The notes: generated by a model from the letters alone, not told the origin. A DNA stretch of 64,000 bases from Octopus sinensis (GCF_006345805.1 NC_042997.1:180110001-180174000), one strand, 5' to 3'. Counted from the stretch's first letter, positions 13,630 through 28,985 are shown. Made by a program: numbers and translations.

Positions 13630-14737
13630 TATATATATATATACACGATATATCGATATACTTTCTTACGTTCTTACACACTAATACATACATACATACG
13701 CACACACACACACACATACCCATGCTCATTACGGGGATATCTTCTAATGTGCAGAATAGGTAAAAATCAGACTAGGGAATAGTGTGGATTAGAACTCCAC
13801 GTTTTATGAAGTTAAACTAATTACTAGCGTCTTGTTTTATCTAAGTGCAGAATGATTTAAGAATCTAGCCTCTGTTCTATTTTAAAACAGCATAATTTAC
13901 AGTAAGCATATCTCTGATGTCCAGTTGCCAATTTAGATGCACCAGATTTGCATCCGATCTATTTATCTGTTGCAAAACCGTAATTAAGGACCAGCAGTAA
14001 CATCGTAACCTATGGTAATCGTATGCATGTATATAATCCCCATTCACAATATATGTATACACACATACAAACATACTAAGAAGCAGGGAATGAGACAAAG
14101 AAAGAGAAATAGAGTAAGGTGTTTTATGTTAAGCTAAGATGGTTTTACGTAGATCACTGAAATCCTTCGTGCAGGTAATGATCTATTTAATTGTGGGGTA
14201 AATATGTATGTACATTTATACTAAACTTTTAAATATATGCATGTGCACAAGTTGCGTAAAACATGCCTACATTTTCACCTACTTCCTTAACGTTGCATAT
14301 ACATAAATATACTTTATAACGTGTATCGATCATCACATTCCTGCAAACGGCTAATGGATTTTTACTGGTAAAATCTCTTAGATATTTTAAAACTGGTTGC
14401 TATTATTATGCTGTTAATTTATGTACCATAGAAACAAATTTAACCCTGTAGAAATACCTTAAAATCTAAAGTTTTTGCTCTTCGTTAAATGCATTAAAGT
14501 ATTCTGTATATAAAATCTCTATATATTAATATATACGTTCATATTGAATTACATCAGATAAATGAACTAAAAGCGAAGCCATTAGGAAAATCTAACCTGT
14601 TTCTTAATTTCTCTATAAGGAAAGAAAATATTTTTGGTTACTCTGCCCAACAGACACATCTTATTGAAAGCTTACGGATGATATCTGTTCTATCTTAGTT
14701 TTTTTTTCCATATATATACATACATAAACACACACAC

Positions 14738-14815
<78 letters not shown>

Positions 14816-17169
14816 GGCTTTAGCACTATTCGATTTACTTTCGGATAACATTACCATATGAGATGGAAGTAACGATGAATATATTTCAGTTTTAAGACAT
14901 CTGCGTTTTACATTATATTTCGTATTAAGCTTATTAGAAAAATACCGTTTGATTTAAACTAGAGAAGACAAGTGAAAATCACGAAAGAAAAAAGAAACAA
15001 AATGTCATCTATATCTAGTAACATGAATCCATAATGTCAATATGCTAGCATTATAAACCGTAAAAGCGTCGTCCATTTATCGTCATCCTACTCTGAAATC
15101 TAGTGAAAGCGAAAATAAAATTAAAAACCGTTACAAAAACGGATAAATGAATTTTTACGCAATTTATTTCACGTTTCCTGTCTCTAATGGCAATTTATTA
15201 AAAGTTAAATAATAATTCTGATTTGGCTCTAAATTCCATTAAACTTTGAATATATAATGTAAGAAGATAAGTAGAATTAAAGACATATGTAGTTTTCACT
15301 CACATGTCAAACAAATAATTGACATTGAACATGATGGGTCAGTGGAATAGTTTGATATTATTAGATGCTATGCATATACACATGACAAAGTATATTAGTG
15401 TGATAAATCTGAAGCAGCATTTATCCGGATCATATTCGAATGGTATTAAGCGAAACATGTGTCAGGCATGAATATAAATACATCTACAAGGTTGCTTAAT
15501 AAATCAAGTTCGATATCACATGTGTAAGCATTATGAATACGACCCTAGACTTACACATTTACATAAAACATATGCAGTGATATTGTGTGCACAGAAAATA
15601 AGTTATATATTTACTAGTATAAAGACACCCTATGTACACGGACACATAATCGTATAATCGAATGTTTTTAAAAAATTGTTTTCTGCGTGCGTTCACAGTC
15701 GCTTATAATGCGCTGAAGTGAAGCTGAAATATTTCTGTTTAAGATGACTTCGAATATAAAAAAGTAAATCAAGTATATGACTATGGATTTCTGAAATATG
15801 GAAATTTCAAACATAGAATGTATTTACTATAAACGACATTATGTGCTAAGCAACGATCTCACTCTACGAAAATTTATAGTAGAAATTTTACATGTACATT
15901 TCTCGATAAATGACAAAATCCAAAATCTAGGTCAAAGGAACTGTAAGTTGGACCACATTTAACTACTATTTATAAAGGAAAATTACCATCAGGATATGAA
16001 TATCATTCTCGAGTGAAAATATCATAGCCAACATTGATTGTTTTGTTAGATTGTTGCTCTTGCTTCGCTCGCCCAAAGTCAAACTGACCTTGAGCGACCT
16101 TGGGCAGCCCTATGATCAAAACCATTCTAGGCATCAATATTATTTCTTTTCAGTCGTAGTTTATCTAGGCATCTGCTATAACTATCTATTTTAAAGGCAG
16201 TAAGGGGTGACTTAAAGACTGAGAATTGTTGTTGATCAATTACATAGAATATCGTCATTGGCTCGGTGAACATTGATGTATTTGTATGCACCAAAGCAAA
16301 GTGTAATTCCATGAGATGCGGCACTACTGCGGTTTTTTGTACATTTTGCAACTGCTTACACCATGCAAAAAACTATAACTAGCTACAAAGTTATTATTGG
16401 TCGGATCATTCATTCAACGACGTCGATGTACGCAAAACGTCTACTCCGTGTGTGCGATGGTAGTAATTAGTATGATAACGTTAACATCTATCACCCACAT
16501 GCAGTGATTCAGCTCTCATAAGGAGAGGAAATGGAATATGCGACTCTTGAGAATACATTAATAATATTTGTGTTACACGTGCAATAAAATTATTTCAGAA
16601 ACTAATAAAATGCTAATCGTATTTGAAAGAAAATTACTTAACAAAGATGGTTCCTTGATCTGGAACATCAAACGGAAATAAGTGAATATTAACTGTTGAA
16701 TATATTGAAATGATAATGTTTCACAACGCTTATGATGTTACAGCTATTTTTATGGTAATTACATGGTGTAGTATACAGAGCCAACTTGTAGGACTTGGAC
16801 ATTATGGATTAAAGAAGCTTATAGTATACTAAATCAGTGTAAATAACATATTAGCTAGGACGTACATATTTGTGCAGAGATGGATTACGGCTGGAAGTAT
16901 GAAAAAATATTATATGAGGAACATTTAGCAATACAGCAACAAGGTATCAAGTATATTGTACAAAAATAGCGATATGGGGATAATACGAGTGAGTTTCGGC
17001 GTAGAAAACAAAGGGCTAATGAGACAGAAAGAAAAATAAGAATACAGCCTATCTAGAACAGTCTTTTGTGGAGTATAGTCAATACCAACATATTCTTTTG
17101 GATAGACAACACCATAGCAATAGTTTGATAGAGAAAAGAAAGATATTGGCTTCAAATTTTGGCACAAGA

Positions 17170-17361
17170 CCAACAAGTTCCATGGGAGGGGTACGTCGAT
17201 TAAAACAACCTCAGTGTTTAACTGGTACTTATTGTATCGACCCCTAAATGGAAGCAAGGCAGAATCAGCTTCGGTCGGATTCGAACTCATAACGAAAAGA
17301 CGGACTAAATATGGCTAAGCATTCCGTCTCGCGTACTTACGATTCTGGCATCACGCCGCCT
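17170..17361 (-). mobile_element. SINE family B, diverged
   Basis: AACTGGTACTTAT..ATCGACCCC...GGATTCGAACTCA...CACGCCGCC is the reverse complement of the family B head and body. Confidence 0.75.
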
Positions 17362-18006
17362 TTATCATGAGTAATATTAAATTCCGAATTTTAGTATTCT
17401 ATCCTAGTCATGTTTCAGTATTTTAGTAGAATGCTTTAATTATTTTCATAAAATCAGGATTTTCTGTTGCAGCGTTTTGTTATTCGTGAAATCTGAATAA
17501 TTCGCTATTGTAAGCTGGTGTCAAGGAGACAAACTGTCTCTTGCATAAAGCAATCTTTAACAACGATAATAATCTTTAATATGTTGAGCATATTAAGTTT
17601 CGAAAGGATTTCTTAAAAATCGAGAACGGAAATGTTAACATGACGTTGAATAGTTTCTGCATTCTGAAACCTCGAATGAGGCTGCAATTGACATAATTAT
17701 AAACAAATACACCAGGTACTTTATAGTTGTTTCACCACTTTCCATTCATATGGAATGATTTTGATCATTTTCACCTTCATAGTAGTTGTAGTTAGCAGGG
17801 CGAGAAAGAGGGAGAGAGGGGAGAAAGAAAGAAAGTAAGAAATAATGGAGTGTTTGCACAGGAATTAAAAGTTCTTTGCACATTTCCTTTTACAAGCTGA
17901 TGTGGTGATGTTCAACGGGATAAAATAAGAGCTTTGGGCAAGTACAATAATACACATAGCTTCATGCATACGCACATAGAAAGATGCACGCATGAATACA
18001 TGTTAA

Positions 18007-18305
18007 AGTGCGCGACTCGGTGGTTAGGGTATTCTGTTCACGATCGTAATGAAATGTGTTCGATACCCGGCGGAACCTTGTGTCCTTGAGCAAGATATTT
18101 TATTTCAAGTTGCTCCGGTCAAACAGGCAAAACTGAGTCATAGCTGTAATTCTAAGGGGCAGCCTTGCCACATTCTGTGTAAGCATAATCCTTTTCTGCT
18201 CAAATAATGGTGTAAATATAAGTTTCTTGTACCCTGTGTGCGAGTTCCAAAGTTGCTCATAATTAGTCATTCCAACATTGGAACCCACACACGAGGTACA
18301 GGAAA
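18007..18305 (+). mobile_element. SINE family D (tRNA head + CORE-like domain)
   Basis: CGGTGGTTAGGG A-box and GTTCGATACCC B-box; GTGTCCTTGAGCAAGATATTTTATTTCAAGTTGCTCC resembles the CORE-SINE domain; 3' part resembles the family A type-i tail. Confidence 0.6.
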
Positions 18306-18329
18306 TTTATATGTACTCCATTCTGCTCA

Positions 18330-18566
18330 GGTAATGGAACTGCGGAGACAACATCCTTACGTATTTCACTTCTGTTTTCCTTTCTCCACTTCACTCCGTA
18401 TTACATATATCCTCTATAATATTTATTGCTTAACCATTTTCTCGCACCTTCTCTGATGAAGGAATATATAACAAGTCCCGGAAATAGCTGTAAGATCTTC
18501 TCTTTATAAATGTTCTGAAATTTTTTCATAGCCTTGGATTTTTTTATCTCATTCTGTTAATTTTAT

Positions 18567-18570
<4 letters not shown>
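18330..18570 (+). mobile_element. Penelope-like 3' tail with hammerhead-like motif
   Basis: TTCT-CTGATGA-AGGAAT...GTCCCG-GAAAT-AGCT-GTA-AGAT at 18450-18495; same family as 2415-2930; followed by (TA)n. Confidence 0.6.
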
Positions 18571-18608
<38 letters not shown>

Positions 18609-18710
18609 ATATATGTGTATGTATGTGTGTGTGTCTGTATGTGTGTCTGTGTGTGTGGATATATTTATGTATCTATGCATGTAAGTGTGTGCAGTCTGCA
18701 TATATGTATT

Positions 18711-18762
<52 letters not shown>

Positions 18763-19569
18763 TTATGTACATAGATTTGTGGTATCCATAGATATTTCTA
18801 TATAAGCATATAGTATACATGTATATACATGCACAGACATGCACTATATTCTTACATCCATGCTATGAGCTTCATGAAATACATCACCAAATTTCATTTA
18901 TATGCGATTAATCACTCATATGTAATAGCACACATGTCATTCATCGCAGATTTTACACGTAAGTGATCGGTGAGAAATCACACGAAGTTGCGTTTCGCTC
19001 ATAAGAACTTATCAGCGTTTGATAGAATTTAATCTATACGTATGCAGAATATCGGCGCAAGATACATTTTCGTAGTGACACCAAATTTTAAGCCTTGTAG
19101 ATTAGAATTATTTATTTCTGTAGATTTTCTTGTAAGGTATTTGAAATACAACCAAGGAGGAAATCTCGTCCATAAGACATTTATTTATTTATGAGTTTAT
19201 AGTTTTACAAGCACATTTCATGTTAGGTGACGCAGATAATCATACTTAGGCCTATACTCAATGCCTAAACACAAACTGATGCATATGTTTCCGTGGAATA
19301 ATATGGAAATTTCATGCGCGGTTGGATCGTTATAATAGAAATATGAGTAACGAATGTAGAAGTAATTTATGCTTATATTCATACTTCTAAGCAGGTATCT
19401 CTGTATATATGTGTGGTTTGTGTGTGCCTACATATGTATGTATATATCTATATATATACATATTATAGATGCATACTATACATAATATATATATATATAC
19501 ATATATATATATAATATATATCTATATATATATATATATATACATATATAGATGCATACATATACATAG

Positions 19570-19604
<35 letters not shown>

Positions 19605-19727
19605 CAACAAGTGTTAGAAATAGTTTTTTTAGCTGCTATTTCTAACGAGTTCAGTAGGGCAAAGTAATTTATTTTACTAAGCCCTTTTATATAATATATA
19701 TATATATATACATATATAGATGCATAC

Positions 19728-19807
<80 letters not shown>

Positions 19808-19809
<2 letters not shown>

Positions 19810-20223
19810 TCTTTACTCTTTTACTTTTTTACTTGTTTCAGTCATTTTGACTGCGGCCATGCTGGAGCACCGCCTTTAATCGAGCAAATCGACCCCGGGA
19901 CTTATTCTTTGTAAGCCCAGTGCTTATTCTATCGGTCTCTTTTCCCGAACCGCTAAGTGACGGGGACGTAAACACACTAGCATCGGTTGTCAAGTAATGC
20001 TAGGGGGACAAACACAGACACACAAACACACACACACATACATATATATATATACATATATACGACAGTCTTCTTTCAGTTTCCGTCTACCAAATCCACT
20101 CACAAGGCATTGGTCGGCCCGGGCTATAGCAGAAGACACTTGCCCAAGATGCCACGCAGTGGGACTGAACCCGGAACCATGTGGTTGGTTAGCAAGCTAC
20201 TTACCACACAGCCACTCCTGCGC
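19808..20223 (-). mobile_element. SINE family C, full length, with internal microsatellite
   Basis: Head GCAGGAGTGGCTGTGTGGTAAG, B-box GGTTCAGTCCC, central conserved domains, LINE-like 3' tail GGCGGTGCTCCAGCATGGCCGCAGTC...GACTGAAAC and (AGTAAAG)-like repeats. Confidence 0.9.
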
Positions 20224-21149
20224 ATACATATGCATGTGCGTGTGTACAATCTAGAGTATAGCTGGCTCGCAAGCTCGATATTGGCGCACGAACCAGCACA
20301 GGTTGTTAAAAATACTAGCTACAATATCTGAAGGATAAAAAGGGTCTTTGTCTAAATTACAAATGATCTCCTACTCAAAGACTATCTAGCAATATCTCAA
20401 GGATCGGCCATATATATATATATGCAGGTTCCTCAAATTTCTCACCAATAGCGACAATGCGGTGTCATTAGCAAAAAACATTGCACCTATATTTGAGTCA
20501 TGTATGTTAGTATATGGATTCTACCCTTTTATAGTTTGGAATTATTCATCAATACAGAAGAATTTTCCTAAACTTGAATCAAGGCTGTATCGCTGGAATT
20601 TAGACAACATCAATATTTTAGACGCATACGTATACATGCACAAGCGTATGCCCGAACACAAGCACGGATACGCCTATTTATAGTCTGATACACATACACG
20701 CAGGCACAGTGTCACTCACTGCATATGTGGACATTATCAAATGCTAAATGTTTTGAAAGTTTTAAATATTTCGACAGAGCTTATTGCTGTAAATATTCTA
20801 TTTGGTGTGTTCTCTCTGACATTGTAATTCCCAACTGTTCCAAGTGACACTGTGTTCATTAAGCTGAAAGCTATAGTTGGAATTGAATAGCTGCACAATG
20901 GTCAAGATCTTTAACACAAAGCTGGTACACGCTGAACGAGTGGATTCAACTATTGTGCATAATTTATTTTTTGCTTTTAAAATTATTATGGCTGGTCTGT
21001 TACGATTACTTTTCTTTAAAGTCAGGACAGAGCATTTCACCAACATTCTTTTATATTATGTGTAACTATTTCAGAATTATATATATTCTTCGGATTTCGT
21101 TATTTAATATCGTAGTCACGGCAGTATACACATAGGTAGTTTATAACAT

Positions 21150-21456
21150 TCGTCGCCCTTTTCAAGCCTAGCCAGGCTCATGGGCCCTGTTTCCCGGTTT
21201 CCGTGGCGTATGTGTTCCCCCCAGCTGGACGGGACGCCAGACCATCTCAGCGTTACTCAAGAAACAGGAAGAGAGAGTAAGAGAAAACTGTGGTGAAAGA
21301 GTACAACAGGGGTTGCCACCACCCCCTGCCGGAGCCTCGTGGAGCTTTTAGGTGTTTTCGCTCAATAAACACACACAACGCTCGGTCAGGGAATCGAAAT
21401 CGCGATCCTCCGACCACGAGTCTGCTGCTCTGACCACTGGGCCATTGCGCCTCCAC
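21150..21456 (-). mobile_element. SINE family A, tail type iii (V-domain-like), with 12-bp TSD
   Basis: TSD AGTTTATAACAT at 21138-21149 and 21457-21468; tail GGACGGGACGCCAG..C shared with 24806-25115. Confidence 0.9.
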
Positions 21457-21999
21457 AGTTTATAACATAACTATACTGTATATGACGAAGGGGACACAGT
21501 CAGTTTTAATTCCAGAGATTCTGGACGAAGTGTTCTTTCTAGGTCGTTTACCTGCCCCGTTTCTCTGCTATTTTCTTATGTATTATGAAAGCATATCTTT
21601 CAAAGCGAGGGTTTTGTTAGTCATGGATATACTTTTCTGATCATGAATGTTCCTATTATTTTCTAGGAAATTTGCACAAACTTTTGTTGATATATGTGCT
21701 GCTTCCTTCGTGAAGTTCCACTGTAGTAAAGTTGTGCAATCGGTACGTTTAAACTTACTAATATGTACATTAGCATACTCATTTTCAAGTTTACACTTGT
21801 GTATATGTATTTATTCCACGCTAAGAGTTTAGAATGTTTTAGAGATTTTCGCAATTCCATTAATGATTTCTAATCGCAATCTCTTAATAAGCCGCGTCGT
21901 TTCTGTTTTGTGAAGCAAATTCCTCAAGACAGATGTCGAAGCAGTAACCTAAACATTCAACTTCCCTTATCATTACAGATATAAACTCTAAACTGTGTA

Positions 22000-22280
22000 A
22001 TATTTATTCTTTTATTCTTTGTAAGCCTAGTACTCATTCTATCGGTCTCTCTTGCTGAACCGCTACGTGACGGGGACGTAAACACACCAGCATCGGTTGT
22101 CAAGCGATGTTGGGGGGAAAAACACAGACACACAAATATATATCTATATATATATATATATACCACGGGCTTCTTCTGTTTCCGTCTACCAAATCCACTC
22201 AAAAGGCTTTGGTCAGCCCGAAGCTATAGTAGAAGACACTTGCCCAATGTGCCACGCAGTGGGACCGAATCCGGAACCAT
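22000..22280 (-). mobile_element. SINE family C, truncated at both ends
   Basis: High similarity to 19900-20180. Confidence 0.85.
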
Positions 22281-22399
22281 ATTTCTCTTTATGTTGTTTT
22301 AGTTGTCTCATGTCTGTAGAGCAACATCCACTGCTATCCTCTGTCCCCGTTCACTTTTTCTTTGGAAGATGGCCAGCGATTTCGAGTTAATCACATATA

Positions 22400-22535
22400 T
22401 TCCAGATCTAAACTGGTACTAACTCCATCGATCCCAAAAGGCAAAGAAACCTCAGTGGCAACTCAGAAGGTAAAGTCGGAAGAAATGCCGCTAAACATTT
22501 TCTCCGGCGCAGCAACGATTCTCCCAGCTCGCTGC
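22400..22535 (-). mobile_element. SINE family B, degenerate
   Basis: AACTGGTACT...ATCGATCCC...AACTCAGAAGGTAAAG...CCCAGCTCGCTGC. Confidence 0.6.
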
Positions 22536-22559
22536 ATTATATTATGACTGTTTTGTCAG

Positions 22560-24470
22560 TAATATTTTATCAGAATGTTTTATAGAACAGGTGCTATAAG
22601 AAACTATGTATTTTCCTATAATTTTATCATCTGGACTCTAAACTGTGTTGAGCCAGGTTATGTCCACTGCATTATAATTCATTGTGGATAGTATCATGAC
22701 GATGTTTACCGTCGTCTAATGATATTCTTCGTATTCTACATTGGTATACGCATATCCACGTTTTATATGCACCAATATTCTTTTGCATACCATGTGTTTA
22801 AATCTTACTTCTAGTTCTTGTATTGCAAAACCATATTCTTCAAAAATGAGAAAGAATATATAGGTTGTTGCTTCAAGGCAGATTAATTTGGTTATGTGAA
22901 AGGCAATTTGGCATTTCATCTGCTAATATACGTACCAAATTTAGTCTGTGATGCGCTGCAGTGATGTGTGTGTGTGTGTAGTCGAAAAGATTTGAAATAA
23001 CATCCAAAACACCTTAAATCCATGTTTTCCCCCCACCGTCCCCACATCTTTGATTTTTCGCTAAATATAGAAGAGATTTGTGAAATTCCCTTCAGAAAAA
23101 TGCCCGATAGTAGTCAATAGCCTTTAGGTTTTAACATCAAGGGACTGTGTCTAAACTAACGTCCAGTTGTTGAGTAGAAATTTTGGTAGTTCGTTTAGTA
23201 CATCGTTGTGTCATAATGTACAAGAAGCTCTGAGAACTCTATTCTTTTTTCTGGTTATTATATTCTCTCTGCAGGCGTTCCTTGTAAGTTCTCTCATAAT
23301 ATATATCTTCATCGATTCCATAGTAACTGCAGCAATCCTCATCTGATGTGATACAAGCACAGTTCTTCTACAGAAATATTATAAAGCTGGCTTGTAGGTT
23401 TTTTAGGTAGGTGAATGCTTTTCTTCTACATATTCATATTCTCAGCATATACTTTCACATCCTGCTCAAAGAAACCATCTTTCTTTTTAGTATCTAATTT
23501 GTCCTGTGACATAGTCATGTATACATCAGACATCTCCCACGAAAACAGATTTTACTGAAAGTATTCTCACCAGTAGTGACATAGTTTATCACTGTTACAC
23601 TGTATCTTGTCAGTGCCAAATACAATTGCCTAATCTTAAAAGTTGGCCAAAGAAAAGCCAGGCCGGCCACAGTTCTGACTATGGTCTCTGAAATTTTATC
23701 AGGTTGAAGGGACTCAAGCATCTATGAGTGCAGATGTAAACATAATGCTATCTTCGGCACAATACGGACGTTACAGTTTTACGGGTTATAATTTACCTAG
23801 AATATTCCCAGACTCCTCTTCGAAGCTGTTTGTGCAGCTGCGAATAACTTGAAGATCATTATATTATATTAATTACTTTGATCTTGCAGAAATATTTTTG
23901 AGACATGATGAATGATTTTCTGATCTCCATGTGAGGGTTCGTCTTTTGATATAGTATCATTTTCCGACAACATAAACCAGCGATCCTGCTGTTAAAGTGA
24001 ATAAAGTAATCCCGATAGAAAGCTATTTCACTGAAGTTGTATGCTTTCACTATAACTAGGGAGTATAGTACAATGCATTTTTTAAGACGCACTGCTTTCT
24101 GGTTAAACTGCATTTTCACATTCCAAAGATTGCAGCAGAATAACTTAGAAATACCCTGCGGATAATCTTCTATGGCTTCACATTTATGTACAGCACTTAA
24201 GGATTGTGACTGAATTTGTTTTCAGCCTAGTTTTTTTTTTACGCCGAATTTTCTCACTAGTATCGTTTAAATCTTATTTGAGTTGAAGGTTTTCACATTA
24301 GTTTACATCAAGTCTTTGTTATTTTCCAGTATTGTTGATGATGTAACGTGTTTTTAAGTGTTTGTTGGAATATTGTAAGCACATTCATACAGCTGATTTT
24401 CTGTAGATCAAAAATCGTTTTTCCCATTTTCAAAGGCCATGGTGGAAATGCATTAATATTTGTTTTTCTT
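22560..24470 (-). mobile_element. Highly degenerate R4/Dong-like non-LTR RT remnant
   Basis: Across frameshifts, motif-like strings appear in RT order: KISCMNV, HGD, CAEDS, FGTDK, SWEMSD..KLDTKKK, IHLPKK..ISVEEL, then FEEYGFAIQELEV (compare FVIQVHEIDTKY at about 6460). Confidence 0.45.
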
Positions 24471-24805
24471 TACGCTTGTGGTATTTCAAATGTGTAGATT
24501 TGCTGCTGTATGGAATTACTGCTGTACGGATTTACTACTGTAAACAAGTCTTATTTCACGAAACTGGGAGGCGTACTGCTTAGTTATAAGTTAACAACAT
24601 CGACTCGGTTAATGACTATTAGTATCAAGTAATTTGGATTCTTATATATGTCGATGGGTCATTCTTACAAAATAAAAGATTTTAAAATAAAATAATTGTC
24701 TCAAGGTGCTTGTCATTATCTGTAACTTTCTGTAATGTATGTTATTAATTCCTTCAAATTGTAGTTTCGTTATGGTAACAACTGCTACTGTCACTGATGA
24801 TTGGT

Positions 24806-25115
24806 TTGTTGTTGTTTGTTCCTTCTCGAGTCATGCCTGACTCATAAGGGCCGGTTTCCCGGTTTCTTGGCGTATAGGTTCCCCACCTGGACGGGACGCC
24901 GATCCATCGCAGGTGAGCTGCAAGATGCAGGAGGAAAGAGTGAGAGAAAGTTGTGGCGAAAGAGTCAACAGAAGTTTTGCCATTACCATCTTCCGGAGCC
25001 GCGTGGAGCTTAGCAGTTTCGCTCATAAACACACATATCGTCCGGTCTGAGATTCGAACCCGCGATCCCTCAACCACGAGTCTGCTGCTCTAACCACTAG
25101 GCCATGTGCCTCCAC
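24806..25115 (-). mobile_element. SINE family A variant, tail type iii, with 13-bp TSD
   Basis: TSD ACTGATGATTGGT at 24793-24805 and 25116-25128; B-box GGGTTCGAATCTC. Confidence 0.9.
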
Positions 25116-25860
25116 ACTGATGATTGGTGCCTGCGGTTACCTGTGAGCGTTGAGTGTGTCGTGATACGCGGTGCTATTCTCGTAATATCGGAGGATTTGT
25201 TTTGGAAGTGTTATTTCTACTGTGTTCACACTTTCGAGAACAAAATTGCACTCATTATTTTTCGGAACTATTTGTCCTTTCCTTGTGTTCAAGAAATATC
25301 ATAGCTTAGCGTAAGATTTTTGTGTAATAATTTACTTCTGCTGAAGCTCACCCCAGTAAGGTTTTATTCTTTCCAAATAGCTGTAATAGATTTTAATTCA
25401 TTTTAAAGCGATTAAACTAATCATTATTACGTCCATATTTGCCGGACAATATATACTTTAAGCTGTTGGTTACATCTAGAATATCGCTAAAAATAATCTG
25501 TTAAATTTGTGGGGTTTTTTCTTCAATTCTTCTCCGGTGTTACTGATATTTTCATGCTAGCCATAACCTTTCTAGCGAATCCCTGCATGGAAAATGCAAT
25601 TTCGAGTAGATCTTCAAAAAAGTAGAGTTTTTCTTCAATGAATATGATCAAATGAAGTACAAGTTACATAACAAGCCTGTGGTATTAATACCGGAAATAG
25701 TATTTATCGCTAATTCAGTGAATTGTCTGCAACCAATACACGACTACCCACGTTAAGTATAGTTGTATGAATGCATATTTATGTATGAGAGTATGCATCT
25801 ATATAGATAATCATATAAATGCTTATGTGTAAGACACAGAATGTACGAATTCATGTGCAT

Positions 25861-25901
<41 letters not shown>

Positions 25902-26999
25902 GGACCCATATTTACTATGTGTATGTTTGGTGGTGTAAGTCTATCTGCCTGCCTATGCATATTCATTTGTCTATAAACGTGTACCCAGCTATGGGAGTGT
26001 TTGTATGTGGATACGTGAGTGTGTAGGCGTACTATGTAAAGTTCGATGTAAATGGTTGGCTTTAATCTACTTGTCAGAAAATATATTATTTCGAGAGATT
26101 TTTGAGATATTTTACTTTCCATTTATATATTTGCTGATATTTTTCTTTATATCATTCACATTTCATGTTTGTAATACCATACCTGCGGAAGAGCAAACAA
26201 ACGAAACTAAACACGGCCGAGCACATGCACATGCGTACGCACACTCATACTCCCGTATACTCACACGCACAAATAGACACACACACACACATACACTCAT
26301 AAATACACTCAAAGACACATTAAAAAGACGACTATCTTCTTTTGATGTTATTTAGATTTTAATTTCAACTATTTTATTTTATTTTATTTTAAATTTTTGC
26401 TGAAGGATTGTTTGTTTCGCAGTTGTTGAAATAGAAACCTTCGGGAATTGGCAGAAAAACTTTTCAACATTTCATAGATCTCCCTGCTAGTAGTCTACTC
26501 CCAGAGAGATTCATTAAGTAGATTGCCTTCAGGCAGACTGTAACCTAGTATCGCACCTATCATGCAGATCATGTGCAAATAACACTTCTGTTTTTTTTTT
26601 TTCTCCTGAATATATCTCATTAACTCGTTTCTGTTCTATTTTTTCTGTATTACTTAATCTCTCAGTTGCCATATTTCTTCTTTTCTCTCTCCCACCTATC
26701 TCTTCCTCATCTCTATCTCATATTCTCTATATATAGTTGTGTGTATATACGTTGTATTTGTGTGGATGTATGTATGTGTCAATCAATGTTTTTCTAATTC
26801 ATGTCATTTCGCTCTCTCAATGTTTCCACGCTTTCATATTGATACACATAGAGACATACTAATATTCATTCATTGACGCATACCTATCAGCAAACCAACC
26901 TACCTACCTGCCTACCTACCTACTTACCTATCTACCTACCTACATATATACACACATACATGCGTACAGATTTACATACACTTGTCATCAAGGCACTAC

Positions 27000-27420
27000 T
27001 AGGACGTGACGTTATCGCTAACGTTGTATACAAAGCCATCCGAATATAGAGAAATCATGAGATAGATATAGAATATCTCCATATTATTGAGTACATACAT
27101 AAACAGTAACACAACACCTATTAGGAAAGCCCTAAGATACCCTTGCCGATTGTAACATCTCTTCGAAATTCAAAGAGAAAACAGATGACTACGGAGAACT
27201 GCTTCAAAACAACTAGCTTCTATAACCAGACTTTAAATTCACATTTATTCCAATAATAAATGGTGCACTTGGTTTTGTACGAAAATTCCTAACAATCTGA
27301 AAAACCTAGTGTTTTCAGAAAAAATGAATAAACCACTTAGAACACACATTATAAAACCTTTTATAAAAGAAGAGTGAAAATATGTAAGACATTTCCCAAT
27401 TTCAAAATATGATATTATTG
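27000..27420 (+). mobile_element. R4/Dong-like LINE 3' end (REL endonuclease) remnant
   Basis: DDYGELLQNN*LL*PDFKFTFIPIINGALGFV parallels YKQLLRNLQLLHPDYKFAFIRIIISALDFV at about 6900. Confidence 0.6.
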
Positions 27421-27646
27421 TTGTTATCTACTCTCCAATGGGGGAGATTTGTGTCTTTGTTAGAAATCTGCTCCTATACTTCAGGAAGTTTCTAAATAAT
27501 AAACATCAGAAGAGAACAACATAGATACTTACATACGCATGCCTAGACTACCCCAAATCTCCATATATAGACATGTGTATATCTGTGTATTCCTGTGACT
27601 TTGTGTATACACACACACATACATATATATATATTATATATATATA

Positions 27647-27692
<46 letters not shown>

Positions 27693-28754
27693 GAATACCG
27701 GATGATTTATATGTGAGGTAATTTAAATATTCCTGCCTAGCTAGAGCAGTACTTATGCAGACCTTCCATTGCGTACTATGTACGATCTAGCAGTCTACTA
27801 TGAGCAGATAAAGTGGCTATTATTTTGGGGAAATGCGAGAAATAAATGAGAAGAAATTAAGAGAAAAATTGAGAAGGGAATGACAATTCGTCAGATGAAA
27901 TACGACACACAAATCACCAATTCCAAACTGGAATCTGAGGAAGTCGGAGAGTTGCCTAATAGACCAGGCATGCTTGTTTAGCTTATTCGTCTACAAAGGC
28001 ATTGTCACTTGAAACCAAAAGAAAAATGTATATAAAATGTAGATTGTGTGAGTTCAAAAATTGTTAAACCAATCAAAAATAATTTTTTTACAGCGCTGGG
28101 ACAAGAAGAAAATCTAAGCGCTAGCAAGCCATATCTGAGGCGTGAAAGACAGAAATATACCACACACCAACAAGTGGAGCAACTTATAGAAATCTAGTCC
28201 ATACATTAACGGGTCAAATACACACATTGCCTGTTTAGCTGAAAGAAAATACACACATATTACACCGAAGAACAGCACGGACATTCTTACTTTCAAGTCA
28301 GACAGTTTTAACGGTTGTCAAAATCTTGACAACATTTCTTTTATGGAACAGAAATGGAGCACACAGTTTTATACAATTTCACCTTTCTCCCACTTCCTAT
28401 CAACCAACAAAACACTAAGTTATTTTAGATAAACGCAAAACATTTACAATATTCTTTGTTTAACAGGTTAAAAGTCACAACACTGACCACCGTCTTTCTT
28501 AACGCTGTCTTTTCAAAATGTATTCTCATTTTCTTCTTCATTCTTTAATTTCCATATCGAGTAGGCATGTCATTTAATTCCGAACGACTGTTGGACAGTG
28601 CATGGTGTTCTGTCCTAACCCGTCGGTTTACTGCGTTATATCAACACGAAAATTTAAGTAACATAAATATAAATCTCGTACTCGTTAAATATCACTTATC
28701 TCACAATGGATTGAGTACCTTTGTTGATCATCCTATTAAGAGCTAACAATACAC

Positions 28755-28985
<231 letters not shown>

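Noticed and set aside
28314-28333. 8-bp perfect hairpin GTTGTCAA-AATC-TTGACAAC (a similar one lies near 39.9 kb)
   Set aside because: Expected by chance in 64 kb of AT-rich DNA
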